From Gemmatimonadota bacterium (GTDB taxonomy: Bacteria > Gemmatimonadota > Gemmatimonadetes > Gemmatimonadales > GWC2-71-9): a stretch of 64,000 nucleotides of DNA. A model generated the notes under the pieces. The model worked only from the letters and a program-made list of their open reading frames with translations, was not told the DNA's origin and did no database searches. The position numbers and the translations under genes are program-made. Each line of letters opens with the position of its first letter. The first letter of the stretch is position 1. Where the stretch lies: NCBI GenBank assembly GCA_039588295.1, contig JBDHAB010000001.1:192001-256000 (forward strand), written 5' to 3'. This document shows positions 38,055-46,857 of this stretch, one piece after another.

Positions 38055-38264
38055 ATGTCGCCCTGGTTCACGATGCCTTCGGGATGCGAAGCGACCCATT
38101 CTGCGGCCACTGCAGAGGCCAAGGCGGCGATCACCGCCATCCGGTGTGCGTTGCATCTCCTCGAGAGCACGGCACCTTCGGGTCGCGAGCGCCGGCTGCT
38201 GGTCGCGATCCACGATGAGCTCGCACAGATCCATCAGGCGCTGCGGTTGCTGAGCGGTAGGTAG
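38055..38264 (+). CDS. Possible small helical-hairpin protein (DHp/HisKA-like, no phospho-His)
   Basis: AKAAITAIRCALHLL...LLVAIHDELAQIHQALRLL amphipathic pattern; fills the gap between two minus-strand genes. Confidence 0.4.
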   Translation: MSPWFTMPSGCEATHSAATAEAKAAITAIRCALHLLESTAPSGRERRLLVAIHDELAQIHQALRLLSGR

Positions 38265-38284
38265 GCCGATCGACAATACGCGCT

Positions 38285-39271
38285 TCACGTGATACTCGGT
38301 GCACCCCAATCGCTCCGCAGACGAGAGACTCGCCGATGGTCCAACGAGCGCTGCAAGGTGGAGACGGTCCCCTCGGGAAAGTTGCCGTCGTCGCGCAGTG
38401 CCTCCGCAACGGATGCGGTCTTGGCGCTGGCGTTGTCGGCCCAATGCAGCACCTCGGCTTCGAGCATCATCGGGGTGATGGGGCTGCCAAACTCTTTCTT
38501 ACCGTGATGCGAGAGAATCAAGTGCAGGAGGATGTCGCGTTCGACCGCCGTGCACGGTGCCGGAGACTCTTGGGCCAGGCGTCGGTCGAGCATGAGCGCT
38601 CCCAGCACCACATGACCGAGCAGATACCCAAGCTCGGTGTGCTCGAAGACGCCGTCCCAGCGGTAGGAATCCAGCTTCCCGATATCATGCAAAAGGACCC
38701 CGGTCAGGACCAGTTCCTGGTCGGCGCCGCATGCGCGAGCGATGGTGCGGGCAATGGCGGCTACCTCTGTCGTATGCTTGAGGAGACCACCAATCACGGC
38801 GTGGTGACCGAAGACCGCCGCGGGACACTGCTCATACCGCTGGCGAAACGCATCCTCTTCGTAGAATAAGTCGACCACCGCCCGCAGGCGCAGCTTGCGC
38901 ATCTCCTGCCGCCAGCTGTCCAGCGTGTTCCAATACCGGTCGACGGAGCCCACCGATGGGAGCAGGGCTGTCCGATCGACGGCGTCTGGCGGCACGTGCC
39001 GCAGCGTAGTGATGCTCAGCTGCTTCCGGTCGCGGTATGTCGTTACCTCACCGACCACGTGGACGACATGCCCCCGTCTGAGGCCGGAAACCTCATCTTG
39101 GCGCTCGGGCCAGAATGGCACAGTGCCGATGCGTCCACTCGCATTGCCGAGCGTCAGTATCGTGAACGGATCACCACCTCCCGTCGTGCGAGCGTCGACT
39201 TCGAGCACCAGGAAGGAGCCCTCCAGGCGCGTACCGAGGGTGAGGGAGGGAATGTGGATGGGAGTCGGCAT
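38285..39271 (-). CDS. OB-fold and HD domain 3'-5' exoribonuclease, YhaM family
   Basis: N-terminal OB fold; PAA..HHA..GGLL.HT, LLHDIGK, GHVVLG, HLILSHHG and WAD. Confidence 0.9.
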   Translation of the reverse strand: MPTPIHIPSLTLGTRLEGSFLVLEVDARTTGGGDPFTILTLGNASGRIGTVPFWPERQDEVSGLRRGHVVHVVGEVTTYRDRKQLSITTLRHVPPDAVDRTALLPSVGSVDRYWNTLDSWRQEMRKLRLRAVVDLFYEEDAFRQRYEQCPAAVFGHHAVIGGLLKHTTEVAAIARTIARACGADQELVLTGVLLHDIGKLDSYRWDGVFEHTELGYLLGHVVLGALMLDRRLAQESPAPCTAVERDILLHLILSHHGKKEFGSPITPMMLEAEVLHWADNASAKTASVAEALRDDGNFPEGTVSTLQRSLDHRRVSRLRSDWGAPSIT

Positions 39272-39303
39272 GTCAGAAACCTAGGTGCAATGGGCCCTCG
39301 AGC

Positions 39304-40764
39304 CTAGCCGCGCTGCTGCCAACGATTCAGCTGCGGCAGAGAGAAATCGGGTTCGAGGGCCGGATGCATGACGGCGTCGTACTCGAGGCTCGGAACGAGG
39401 TGTCGAATAGAATTGGCATAGTACTCCAGCAACGGTCGCTGCCGCGGCAGAATGACGAATGCGTCCCGTTGTCGAACCACCAGTCGGCGCATACTCAGCA
39501 TGCGCCAGGCGCGGTCCAGAATGACGTCCACCGGGCGTTGTGGCTGAACTAATGTCGCACCCTTCCGCAGCAATGCGTCGCGGAACTCGTCGACGCGCTC
39601 GAGTAGTTGAGCCTCGGGTACGAGCGTGTCGTTGAACGACAGGAGGGCCGCCGCGACGAGGGGCACGGGGGTCACGGGCATGATGTCGGCCACTCTAGCC
39701 ATCACGTGGTCGCCGAGTTCCTGGATGTGCGGTAGGCGCTCCTCCTTTGAGGGTGCCAGCGCGTCCGGCCGGTCGCGAAGCCATGCGCGCAACGACATCG
39801 GTTTGCCGAAGACGACATGGACACGCCCGTAACGGCGGAGATTCGCCGTGAGCAGTCGTACGAGGTTGGCCGACACGTAGTACAGCAGCCCGAGCATCTG
39901 GCGAAACCGGCCCGGTCGTGCGTCGCGATCGAGGAGCTCGAGAATCAGCGTGCGATCCTCCAAAACCCGATCGTAGTTCATCGCCACCGGCACGAGGTGA
40001 ATGTCGCGGGCGGGGTCGAATTCAGGGAGGACGGTGGCGATGGAATCGAGGAGCCCGAGCTTCGCGGGTCGGAACCGGCCGTCACGAGATAGGCCTCCTT
40101 CGAGGAAGATGCCCTGCGTGACGCCGTTTCGGGTAATCAGCTGCACGTAGCGTCTGAGAACCGTGTGGTAGAGCGGGTCGCGGAAACCCCGCCGTACGAA
40201 GTAGGCTCCAAAAGACTTGAACACATACTCCAACGGCCACACCCTAGCCCACTCACCGACGGCGTAGCTGATGCTGACGGCCCGCGCCAACACGTAGGCG
40301 AGCACCACGTAGTCGGCGTTCGAGCGGTGGTTCATGAGATAGACCACGACGTCGTCGCGAGGAATTCGGTCGAGCGCTTCGCGGTCCGCGTACTCGGACT
40401 CGACCCGGTATAGGAGATGGATGAGCGCTCGGGCGACGTTGTAGCCGAACTTGTAGTACGACAGCACGTTGAACTGGGGTACAATTTCGTCGACATACCT
40501 CTCGACCCGCACGCGAGCGTCGAGTTCACTCACCCCATGCTCGCGTGCGTGCTCCCCCATGGCGAGGCGCACTACCGGGTCACTGAGAAGGCTCTCCCGA
40601 ATACGGCGCTTGCTTACCAGCTTGTAGCGATCGAGGCGCACCCGGAAGTCGTGGACCGCGCGGAGCACCGCGCGGTTCACCCAGTGGCGGATGGCACGCC
40701 GGGTGCGGCGGATGGTCCACAGTGTCAGACCGGCCGTCAGTACGGCAGCAGCCGCGAGGAGCAC
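39304..40764 (-). CDS. Glycerol-3-phosphate acyltransferase family protein
   Basis: NHRSNADY (HX4D), GAYFVRR and FLEGGLSRDG; start uncertain. Confidence 0.88.
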   Translation of the reverse strand: MLLAAAAVLTAGLTLWTIRRTRRAIRHWVNRAVLRAVHDFRVRLDRYKLVSKRRIRESLLSDPVVRLAMGEHAREHGVSELDARVRVERYVDEIVPQFNVLSYYKFGYNVARALIHLLYRVESEYADREALDRIPRDDVVVYLMNHRSNADYVVLAYVLARAVSISYAVGEWARVWPLEYVFKSFGAYFVRRGFRDPLYHTVLRRYVQLITRNGVTQGIFLEGGLSRDGRFRPAKLGLLDSIATVLPEFDPARDIHLVPVAMNYDRVLEDRTLILELLDRDARPGRFRQMLGLLYYVSANLVRLLTANLRRYGRVHVVFGKPMSLRAWLRDRPDALAPSKEERLPHIQELGDHVMARVADIMPVTPVPLVAAALLSFNDTLVPEAQLLERVDEFRDALLRKGATLVQPQRPVDVILDRAWRMLSMRRLVVRQRDAFVILPRQRPLLEYYANSIRHLVPSLEYDAVMHPALEPDFSLPQLNRWQQRG

Positions 40765-40784
40765 CCAATCGGTAATGGAGAGAA

Positions 40785-41825
40785 TCAGGCTCCCTCCGGT
40801 AGCGCTCCCGTGCGTTCGAGTTGGTAGGCCATGGCCTTCAGGCGGGCAATGCGAACCGCCATGGGGGGATGGGTCGCCAGGGCGTTTGCCACGAATCCTT
40901 CCTTGCTCGATACACGACGTCCTAAGGGATCAGCGATGCAGAGATGCGCGGTGCCGCGCTTGATCGCGGCGGTAGGAGCAACCGCGTCTTCGATCTTGCG
41001 CAGGGCTGCTGCGAGCGCACCCGGGTTGCGGGTGAACTGCGCGGCCGTGGCGTCGGCGAGGAACTCGCGCTTTCGGCTCACGGCGAGCGCCAGGAGCCGC
41101 GAGACGATCGGTGCGAGAATGAGCGTGATGAGCCAGACGACGAGCACGACGAGCGCGAGCGCGCCGGCGCCACCTTTCTTTCCCCCTCCTCCTCCGCCCC
41201 CGCGTCCGCCGCCCCGTCGGCTGAAACTCCCGAATCGAATGAGCCGCCACGAACCCTCGGAGAGCAAGGCGATCACACCGACCAGTGCCGCGAGCAAGGT
41301 CATGAGTTTGACGTCGTGATTCTGGATGTGCGCCATTTCGTGGGCGACGACGCTCTGGAGCTCGTCACGGTTCAGGGTCTGGAGCAGCCCCTCGGTGACG
41401 GCGACGTGCGCTTCCTGCGCGTTGGTTCCCGTGGCGAAGGCGTTGGGGTCTTGATCGGGGACCACCCAGATCGTCGGGCGTGGCAGACCCGAGGCAATGG
41501 CCATTTCCTCCACGACGTTCACCAGCTGATGCTCTTCGGGATTGCTCGACTCGAGCAGCTGCCAGGCCCCGGTCGACCAGAGCACCTGTTTCGGTCCGCG
41601 CCTGAAGGCGAACCAGGCCATGCCGAGACCCGCCAGCGTCGTGCCGATTCCAAACCATGGGATCGCGTGATGATAGGCATTGGGTGGTGCGTCGACGGTG
41701 CCAAGGTAGAATGCGAGGTCGCCGCCGAACCCAACCCAGGCAAAGAACCCGACAAAGATGGCTACCAGGATCGCGGAGCGGCGGCGATTCGCTTTCTGTT
41801 GTGCGAAGAGGTTCGTGTCACTCAC
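40785..41825 (-). CDS. htpX: M48 family metalloprotease HtpX-like
   Basis: PNAFATG, AHEMAH, SRKREFLADA and THPP..RI; downstream of lemA. Confidence 0.9.
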   Translation of the reverse strand: MSDTNLFAQQKANRRRSAILVAIFVGFFAWVGFGGDLAFYLGTVDAPPNAYHHAIPWFGIGTTLAGLGMAWFAFRRGPKQVLWSTGAWQLLESSNPEEHQLVNVVEEMAIASGLPRPTIWVVPDQDPNAFATGTNAQEAHVAVTEGLLQTLNRDELQSVVAHEMAHIQNHDVKLMTLLAALVGVIALLSEGSWRLIRFGSFSRRGGGRGGGGGGGKKGGAGALALVVLVVWLITLILAPIVSRLLALAVSRKREFLADATAAQFTRNPGALAAALRKIEDAVAPTAAIKRGTAHLCIADPLGRRVSSKEGFVANALATHPPMAVRIARLKAMAYQLERTGALPEGA

Positions 41826-42412
41826 TGCTTGGGCTTCGAGGACAGGTCGACCTTTGGCACCTCACGTTCCTGCTCGTCGCTGATCTCCCACAATTCGACG
41901 ATCTCCGCACGGGCCAGCCCAGCGATCAGGTTCCAGGGAAACTGCTGCTGGCGCACGTTGTACGTGGTGGCCGTGTCGTTGTACAGTTGGCGGGCGAACG
42001 CGACCCGATTCTCGGTCGAGGTGAGCTCTTCCTGCAACTGACCGACATTCGACGTTGCTTTGAGGTCCGGATACCGCTCGACGACGAGGTTGAACCTCGA
42101 GAGCGCAGCCGAGAGCGTGGCCTCCGCGGCGGCGAGTTCCTTGATGCCACCGGTGGGCGTCGCGCCCGCCTGAATCTGCACCGCCTGGTTGCGAGCCTGG
42201 ATCACGGACTCGAGCGTCTCACGCTCGAACTCCATGGCGCCCTTGACCGCCTCGATGAGGTTGGGAATCAAATCGTGTCGTCGCTTGAGTTGCACGTCGA
42301 TCTGCTTCCAGGCGTTCAGCGTCTGGCCTTTGAGCGCGATGAGCGCGTTGTAGGCCGAGATCGCCCAGACGACGACGACCACGATCAGGATGAGAAAGAT
42401 CCAAGTTGCCAT
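41822..42412 (-). CDS. lemA: LemA family protein
   Basis: IDVQLKRRHDLIPNL, ERYPDLKA and ENRVAFARQLYN. Confidence 0.95.
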   Translation of the reverse strand: MATWIFLILIVVVVVWAISAYNALIALKGQTLNAWKQIDVQLKRRHDLIPNLIEAVKGAMEFERETLESVIQARNQAVQIQAGATPTGGIKELAAAEATLSAALSRFNLVVERYPDLKATSNVGQLQEELTSTENRVAFARQLYNDTATTYNVRQQQFPWNLIAGLARAEIVELWEISDEQEREVPKVDLSSKPKQ

Positions 42413-42441
42413 GCTCGACTCCGGTTTGGCGGTCTACGTAG

Positions 42442-43137
42442 TCATGCGGAGTGGCCACTTCGCTCGGACGACGAATCGTCGCTCGTGGCGTCCGAGACAC
42501 GGTGGAGCGGCGAGAGAATACGCCCGATGGCGAGGCGAATCGCATCTCCAATCTGTGTTCGGAGATCCTCGCGCGTGGCCGCCGGATGATTCTCGCGAAT
42601 GTGCAGCTCGAGTCCGTCGTCAACGGGCATCCGTTGCCATACCGTAACAACAGCCTCGTCCTCGTCCGTCCCTGGTCGGCTCCACACTCGAAAGATCTGC
42701 CCCGCCCGCCCCCGCGGTTGGTCTTCCTCAGAGAAGAGCGGGAGTGCTGCGGGTGCTGGGAGTTCCGACCCCAGCGCCGCGGCGACGCGGCGCTCCAACA
42801 CATCGCCGGCGGTCGCGGACAACTCCTTGGCAATCCCCGCGAGGGTCGATCCCTCCATCTGCCGCAGCTTGATGGCGAGCACCTCGAGGAGATGACGGTA
42901 CGAATACGTCGCTGCAGTCCCTCGTCCTTCAGGTGGCGTCACCAAATTACGCGCGACATAGAACCGAATGGTGCGCTCAGTCGGATGAGCGCTCGCCGCT
43001 GCGTTGATGGGCCGTACGCCTGCTGCGTCGAGAATGGCGGCCGTGAGTGCGGTGAGATCGCGAAGACTCCATGGTGCGAGCCGCCGGTACTCTCTCAGGC
43101 TTGCTAGCGGGTCCTGGACTTGTCCGCCGCCAGTCAT
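42442..43137 (-). CDS. MerR-type HTH transcriptional regulator
   Basis: TERTIRFY...PPEGRG..ATY..RHLL...IK..Q..G..L..I. Confidence 0.8.
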   Translation of the reverse strand: MTGGGQVQDPLASLREYRRLAPWSLRDLTALTAAILDAAGVRPINAAASAHPTERTIRFYVARNLVTPPEGRGTAATYSYRHLLEVLAIKLRQMEGSTLAGIAKELSATAGDVLERRVAAALGSELPAPAALPLFSEEDQPRGRAGQIFRVWSRPGTDEDEAVVTVWQRMPVDDGLELHIRENHPAATREDLRTQIGDAIRLAIGRILSPLHRVSDATSDDSSSERSGHSA

Positions 43138-43293
43138 CGATCTGAGGCCCTCCGTTCGCGAACGGCACGCAGGATGAGCATGCGTAGTATGGGTGGTGGC
43201 CGTGGGGTGGGCAAGGGTGATGTGGGAGGGTTCCGATCCTGACCTGCAACACTCGGGTTAGGTGGGGGTATCGCCGGCGCACGAGGTTGGCGC

Positions 43294-43722
43294 ATGCGAC
43301 GCGGCGTTACCCTCTTGGAACTCGTGACGGTGCTCGCCGTCATCGGCATCGTCACCATCGTGGCCCTGCCGCACCTCTCCTCGTGGTGGGATCGTCTCGC
43401 TACCGCCCGAGCCGCGCGCGAGCTCGCAAACTTCTACACCTACAGTCGGTTCGGCGCGATCTTTCACGGTACGCGGGTACGCCTGGAGTTCGGCGCAGAT
43501 ACGCTGCGTGCAGTGTACGAGGGGGTGCGCGACTCCGTGTTTCTCGTGCGGCCGGGACCCAGCCGGCACGGCGTCTCCCTGACCGCCAGCCGCCGTGTCA
43601 TCCGCGTCCATCCGAACGGGATCGGTCGGGGAGGGGCAAACACCAAGCTGGTAGTGCGCCGCGGTGCCGCGGCGGAATCACTCACCACGTCGCGGCTCGG
43701 ACGTCTGAAGCGTTGGAATTGA
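43294..43722 (+). CDS. Prepilin-type N-terminal methylation domain protein (FimT/GspH-like)
   Basis: MRRG-VTLLELVTVLAVIGI class III signal peptide. Confidence 0.85.
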   Translation: MRRGVTLLELVTVLAVIGIVTIVALPHLSSWWDRLATARAARELANFYTYSRFGAIFHGTRVRLEFGADTLRAVYEGVRDSVFLVRPGPSRHGVSLTASRRVIRVHPNGIGRGGANTKLVVRRGAAAESLTTSRLGRLKRWN

Positions 43723-43749
43723 TCGCCGTTGGTGGCGACGCTGGCAGCG

Positions 43750-44814
43750 TCAGCGCCGGCCCAGCGTCCAACGCATGACCGGGCCGTCCTCCGCCGGCCA
43801 GACCGTAGGGCCCAGGGCCGCAGCCGGCGCCTCTACGTCAGCACGGATGCCTCCGTCAGTGAGGCCGATCGCGACGAGCTGCCCGGGTCCATCGTCACCA
43901 CCGGTGACGACGAAGACCGTGCGACTGTCGATGCCCACCGCCAGGCCCCTGGGTTCCGACGAGGTGCGAACGTCGGCCACACGCGTCCGGCGTCGTACGT
44001 CGAACACCACGATCCCCAGCCCAGCGGGACGCATGATGACCGCAACCCGTCCGTCCGGCGAACGAACGAAATCCGTGCCACCGGTTCCGACATCGGCCGA
44101 GTCGAACGGTGTGAGGCGCGGGCGATCGACGTACAGGAGCTGCCCCGATCGGTGGCAGAGCACGTACACGATGGTGCCGTTGGGCGCCAGGCTGAGGGCC
44201 GTGGCTCCGCACGGCAGACCGTTCTCGGACCCAAGGGTCGTCGACCGCACTGCCGAGCGCAGCCGTTTGTCGACTTCAATGAGCTGGTCGCCACCGCACA
44301 GCACGTAGAGTTTGTCGGTCGCTTTCACCGTAGCGATGCCGCGGAGTGAGTCGGTGCAGACGTCCACGCCCACCGGCGCGGTGGCGAGGTCCGCGGAAAG
44401 GAACTGGACCGCTGACGCGATCCCGTCGCCGGTTTGTTGAACGGTGCCAACGAGCAGCGTCCTGCCGTCGGGGAGCACGCTGACCGCGGCAAGATCGCCG
44501 TGAGGCACCGCAGCACGGTCGAGCACGGTGCCATCGCTCACCCGTATCCGTTCGAGCGTGCTGGACCGTGGCCCGCGCCAGCCAACGTACAGCGTGCTGC
44601 CGTCCAGTCCGGGCCAAAGCCCAGACAGCTCACGAGTCGAGTCGCGGACGCCGCCCGGCACGACCGTGTCGAGCACAGAGAGATCGGGGCGGAAGAGCGT
44701 GACGACTCGCGCGGTGGGATCGGCGAGCGCGACCCAGCGGGGTTCGGGCGAGCACCCCAGGACAAGGAGCCCGGCGTACGGTACGAGAATCGTGAGCCGG
44801 CGAACGACGTGCAT
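43750..44814 (-). CDS. YncE-like beta-propeller lipoprotein
   Basis: LVLGC lipobox; repeated DGSTLYV/PDGRTLLV/PNGTIVYV blades. Confidence 0.75.
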   Translation of the reverse strand: MHVVRRLTILVPYAGLLVLGCSPEPRWVALADPTARVVTLFRPDLSVLDTVVPGGVRDSTRELSGLWPGLDGSTLYVGWRGPRSSTLERIRVSDGTVLDRAAVPHGDLAAVSVLPDGRTLLVGTVQQTGDGIASAVQFLSADLATAPVGVDVCTDSLRGIATVKATDKLYVLCGGDQLIEVDKRLRSAVRSTTLGSENGLPCGATALSLAPNGTIVYVLCHRSGQLLYVDRPRLTPFDSADVGTGGTDFVRSPDGRVAVIMRPAGLGIVVFDVRRRTRVADVRTSSEPRGLAVGIDSRTVFVVTGGDDGPGQLVAIGLTDGGIRADVEAPAAALGPTVWPAEDGPVMRWTLGRR

Positions 44815-44839
44815 GAGGCGGCGGGCCGGCCGAGCCAGC

Positions 44840-45541
44840 TCAGCCGCCGGTTGAACGTCCAGTGCGGCGTTCGGCCTGTTGCCGGAATGCCTCGATCGCC
44901 GACCCGTGATCCAGGTACTCTTGACGGCCCGCGCTGATCTCGCGCTGGTAGTTCTCGAGGAATCGCTCGTGTGCGGCACGGCTCGCCGCACTGTCACCCT
45001 GCACTTGTGCCACCGAGTTGCGGAGCATCGCCGCCAGAAGGTGACCCGGGACCGCGCTCTCCATGGAATCCACCCGTGCCATTGCCTCTTCGGCGTTGCC
45101 CGTGATGGCGCTGACGAGCCCCACATGGTAGTGCGCGTCGGGGTCGAGGTCACCCAAGATGCCGTAGGCCTGAACCGCCATGGAGGCAAACTGGTTGACC
45201 CTGCCGAAATCGCCCTGCTCGTGCGCGGTCATGACCAGATTGAACAGGCGATCGGCCTGCTGCCGGGGGGAGAGATTGCTGATGTCCGGGGCGGCCCCGG
45301 TAGCGCCGGCTGCTGCGAACGGCGCCCCACCCGGTGCCACGGCCGGCTGAGATGACCGACCGGCGCTGTAGGCAACGACCGCGACCACGATCACCACGAC
45401 CAGCGCTACCAGACCGAGCAGCGGGGGCGGTATCGGTTTCCGTTCGGTACCCTGCTTGGCTCCGCACGCGTGGCAGAATTGGGCGGTGGCGTTGATCGAG
45501 GCCCCGCAGTTGCCGCACGTCTTCTTGGCAGTCGCGTTCAT
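44840..45541 (-). CDS. Zinc-ribbon, TM and TPR-like protein
   Basis: CGNCG...FCHACG, TM helix, helical C-terminus. Confidence 0.8.
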   Translation of the reverse strand: MNATAKKTCGNCGASINATAQFCHACGAKQGTERKPIPPPLLGLVALVVVIVVAVVAYSAGRSSQPAVAPGGAPFAAAGATGAAPDISNLSPRQQADRLFNLVMTAHEQGDFGRVNQFASMAVQAYGILGDLDPDAHYHVGLVSAITGNAEEAMARVDSMESAVPGHLLAAMLRNSVAQVQGDSAASRAAHERFLENYQREISAGRQEYLDHGSAIEAFRQQAERRTGRSTGG

Positions 45542-45683
45542 CGAAAGAGTCCCTGGGTCTTCGTTGTACGACATATCGCTCGGAGGCGAGTAATATAGTA
45601 GAGGCACCACCAGATAGTCCGTGGCGTGTGCGGGCGAGCATCCACGCTGGCGTGGTCACGCGGAGGAGATTACTGTAGCGCAC

Positions 45684-45986
45684 ATGACGTCGGATTCAGG
45701 AGATCAATCCAAGCCTACACGATTCGACCCTCCGTGGAGCCAGATCAAGGCTCGGCAGATGGGGGAGTTGCAGCGGGGCGAAGACCGGTGGGACGTTCTG
45801 TTGGAGACCGTGGTCGACTCCTCGGTGGACGCGATCCGGGGCCGGATCCATTTCATTTGCGGCAACGTGCATCGCCTGTCCGGGTGGATCTTCTTGGAAT
45901 GGGCCGAGAAGGAGATCGAGATACGCTTCACGGAGTTTTCGGCGCAAGAGCTGTGGACGCTCCTGGGCTCCCTCGAGGAGTCGTAG
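45684..45986 (+). CDS. Small hypothetical protein
   Basis: Protein-like ORF directly upstream of the HAD gene. Confidence 0.6.
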   Translation: MTSDSGDQSKPTRFDPPWSQIKARQMGELQRGEDRWDVLLETVVDSSVDAIRGRIHFICGNVHRLSGWIFLEWAEKEIEIRFTEFSAQELWTLLGSLEES

Positions 45987-45990
45987 CGCT

Positions 45991-46857
45991 ATTCCCACTG
46001 AGATCCTCGGAACCCCGATCGACGCGGTGTTGCTCGATGTCGACGGAACGCTGCTTTCAGAGTCCGGCGCCGTCCCAGGCGCCGCGCGAGCGGTCCAGAG
46101 TCTACGTCGCCGTGCCGTACCGTTTCGGGTCCTGACCAACATCACGCGCCGTTCACGATCCGCTGTCGTGGAACGTCTGCGTCGGCACGACATTGATGTG
46201 CGTGCCGAGGAGGTGTTCACGTCTGTGCTGGCCGGCGCCCAGTGGCTCAGGCGGAGGAGCATACGGGTAGTGGCGCCCTACGTGGCGGAGGAGGCCCTCG
46301 CCGATCTCGCGGAGTTCACACTGGTCGGTGGGATGAGCCGTCGCACGGGAGCCGACGCACCCCAGGCGGTCGTCGTCGGCGATCTGGGTGAGAGTTGGTC
46401 ACATGCGCTGCTCAACGAGGCGTTCCGCCATGTCATGAATGGAGCGCAGTTCGTCGCGCTGCAGCGGGGACGCTATTGGCTCGGCCCCACGGGCCTGGAA
46501 GTGGACGCCGGTGCCTACGTTGCCGCGCTGGAGTACGCGACGGAGAAGCAGGCAGTCGTGTGTGGCAAGCCGAATACCGAGTTCTTCCTGGGCGCCGTCG
46601 CATCGCTGAAAGGCGAAGATCTCGCCGCCGCCGCCGCCGCGGATGGCACGCGACGCGGTGGACCGTCGCGGCAACCTGACCGGGTGCCTGGGGTCGTCAT
46701 GGTCGGCGACGATCTCTGGTCGGATGTGTATGGCGCGCAGCAGGCGGGGCTCGGAGGTTGGCTCGTCCGGACGGGCAAGTTTCGCACGGACGTATTGGCG
46801 GAGAGCGATGTACGGCCCGACCGTGTGATCGAGTCGGTAGCGGAACTCGTCGATTGA
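45991..46857 (+). CDS. HAD-IIA hydrolase (LHPP/HDHD2-like); start uncertain (ATT 45991 or GTG 46027)
   Basis: LLDVDG, LTN, GKP, MVGDD..SDV.GA and RTGKF motifs. Confidence 0.88.
   Translation: MPTEILGTPIDAVLLDVDGTLLSESGAVPGAARAVQSLRRRAVPFRVLTNITRRSRSAVVERLRRHDIDVRAEEVFTSVLAGAQWLRRRSIRVVAPYVAEEALADLAEFTLVGGMSRRTGADAPQAVVVGDLGESWSHALLNEAFRHVMNGAQFVALQRGRYWLGPTGLEVDAGAYVAALEYATEKQAVVCGKPNTEFFLGAVASLKGEDLAAAAAADGTRRGGPSRQPDRVPGVVMVGDDLWSDVYGAQQAGLGGWLVRTGKFRTDVLAESDVRPDRVIESVAELVD

Noticed and set aside
37988..38444. Minus-strand ORFs between archease and the HD gene
   Set aside because: Low-complexity Arg-rich translations with no motif; the plus-strand ORF looks more protein-like.
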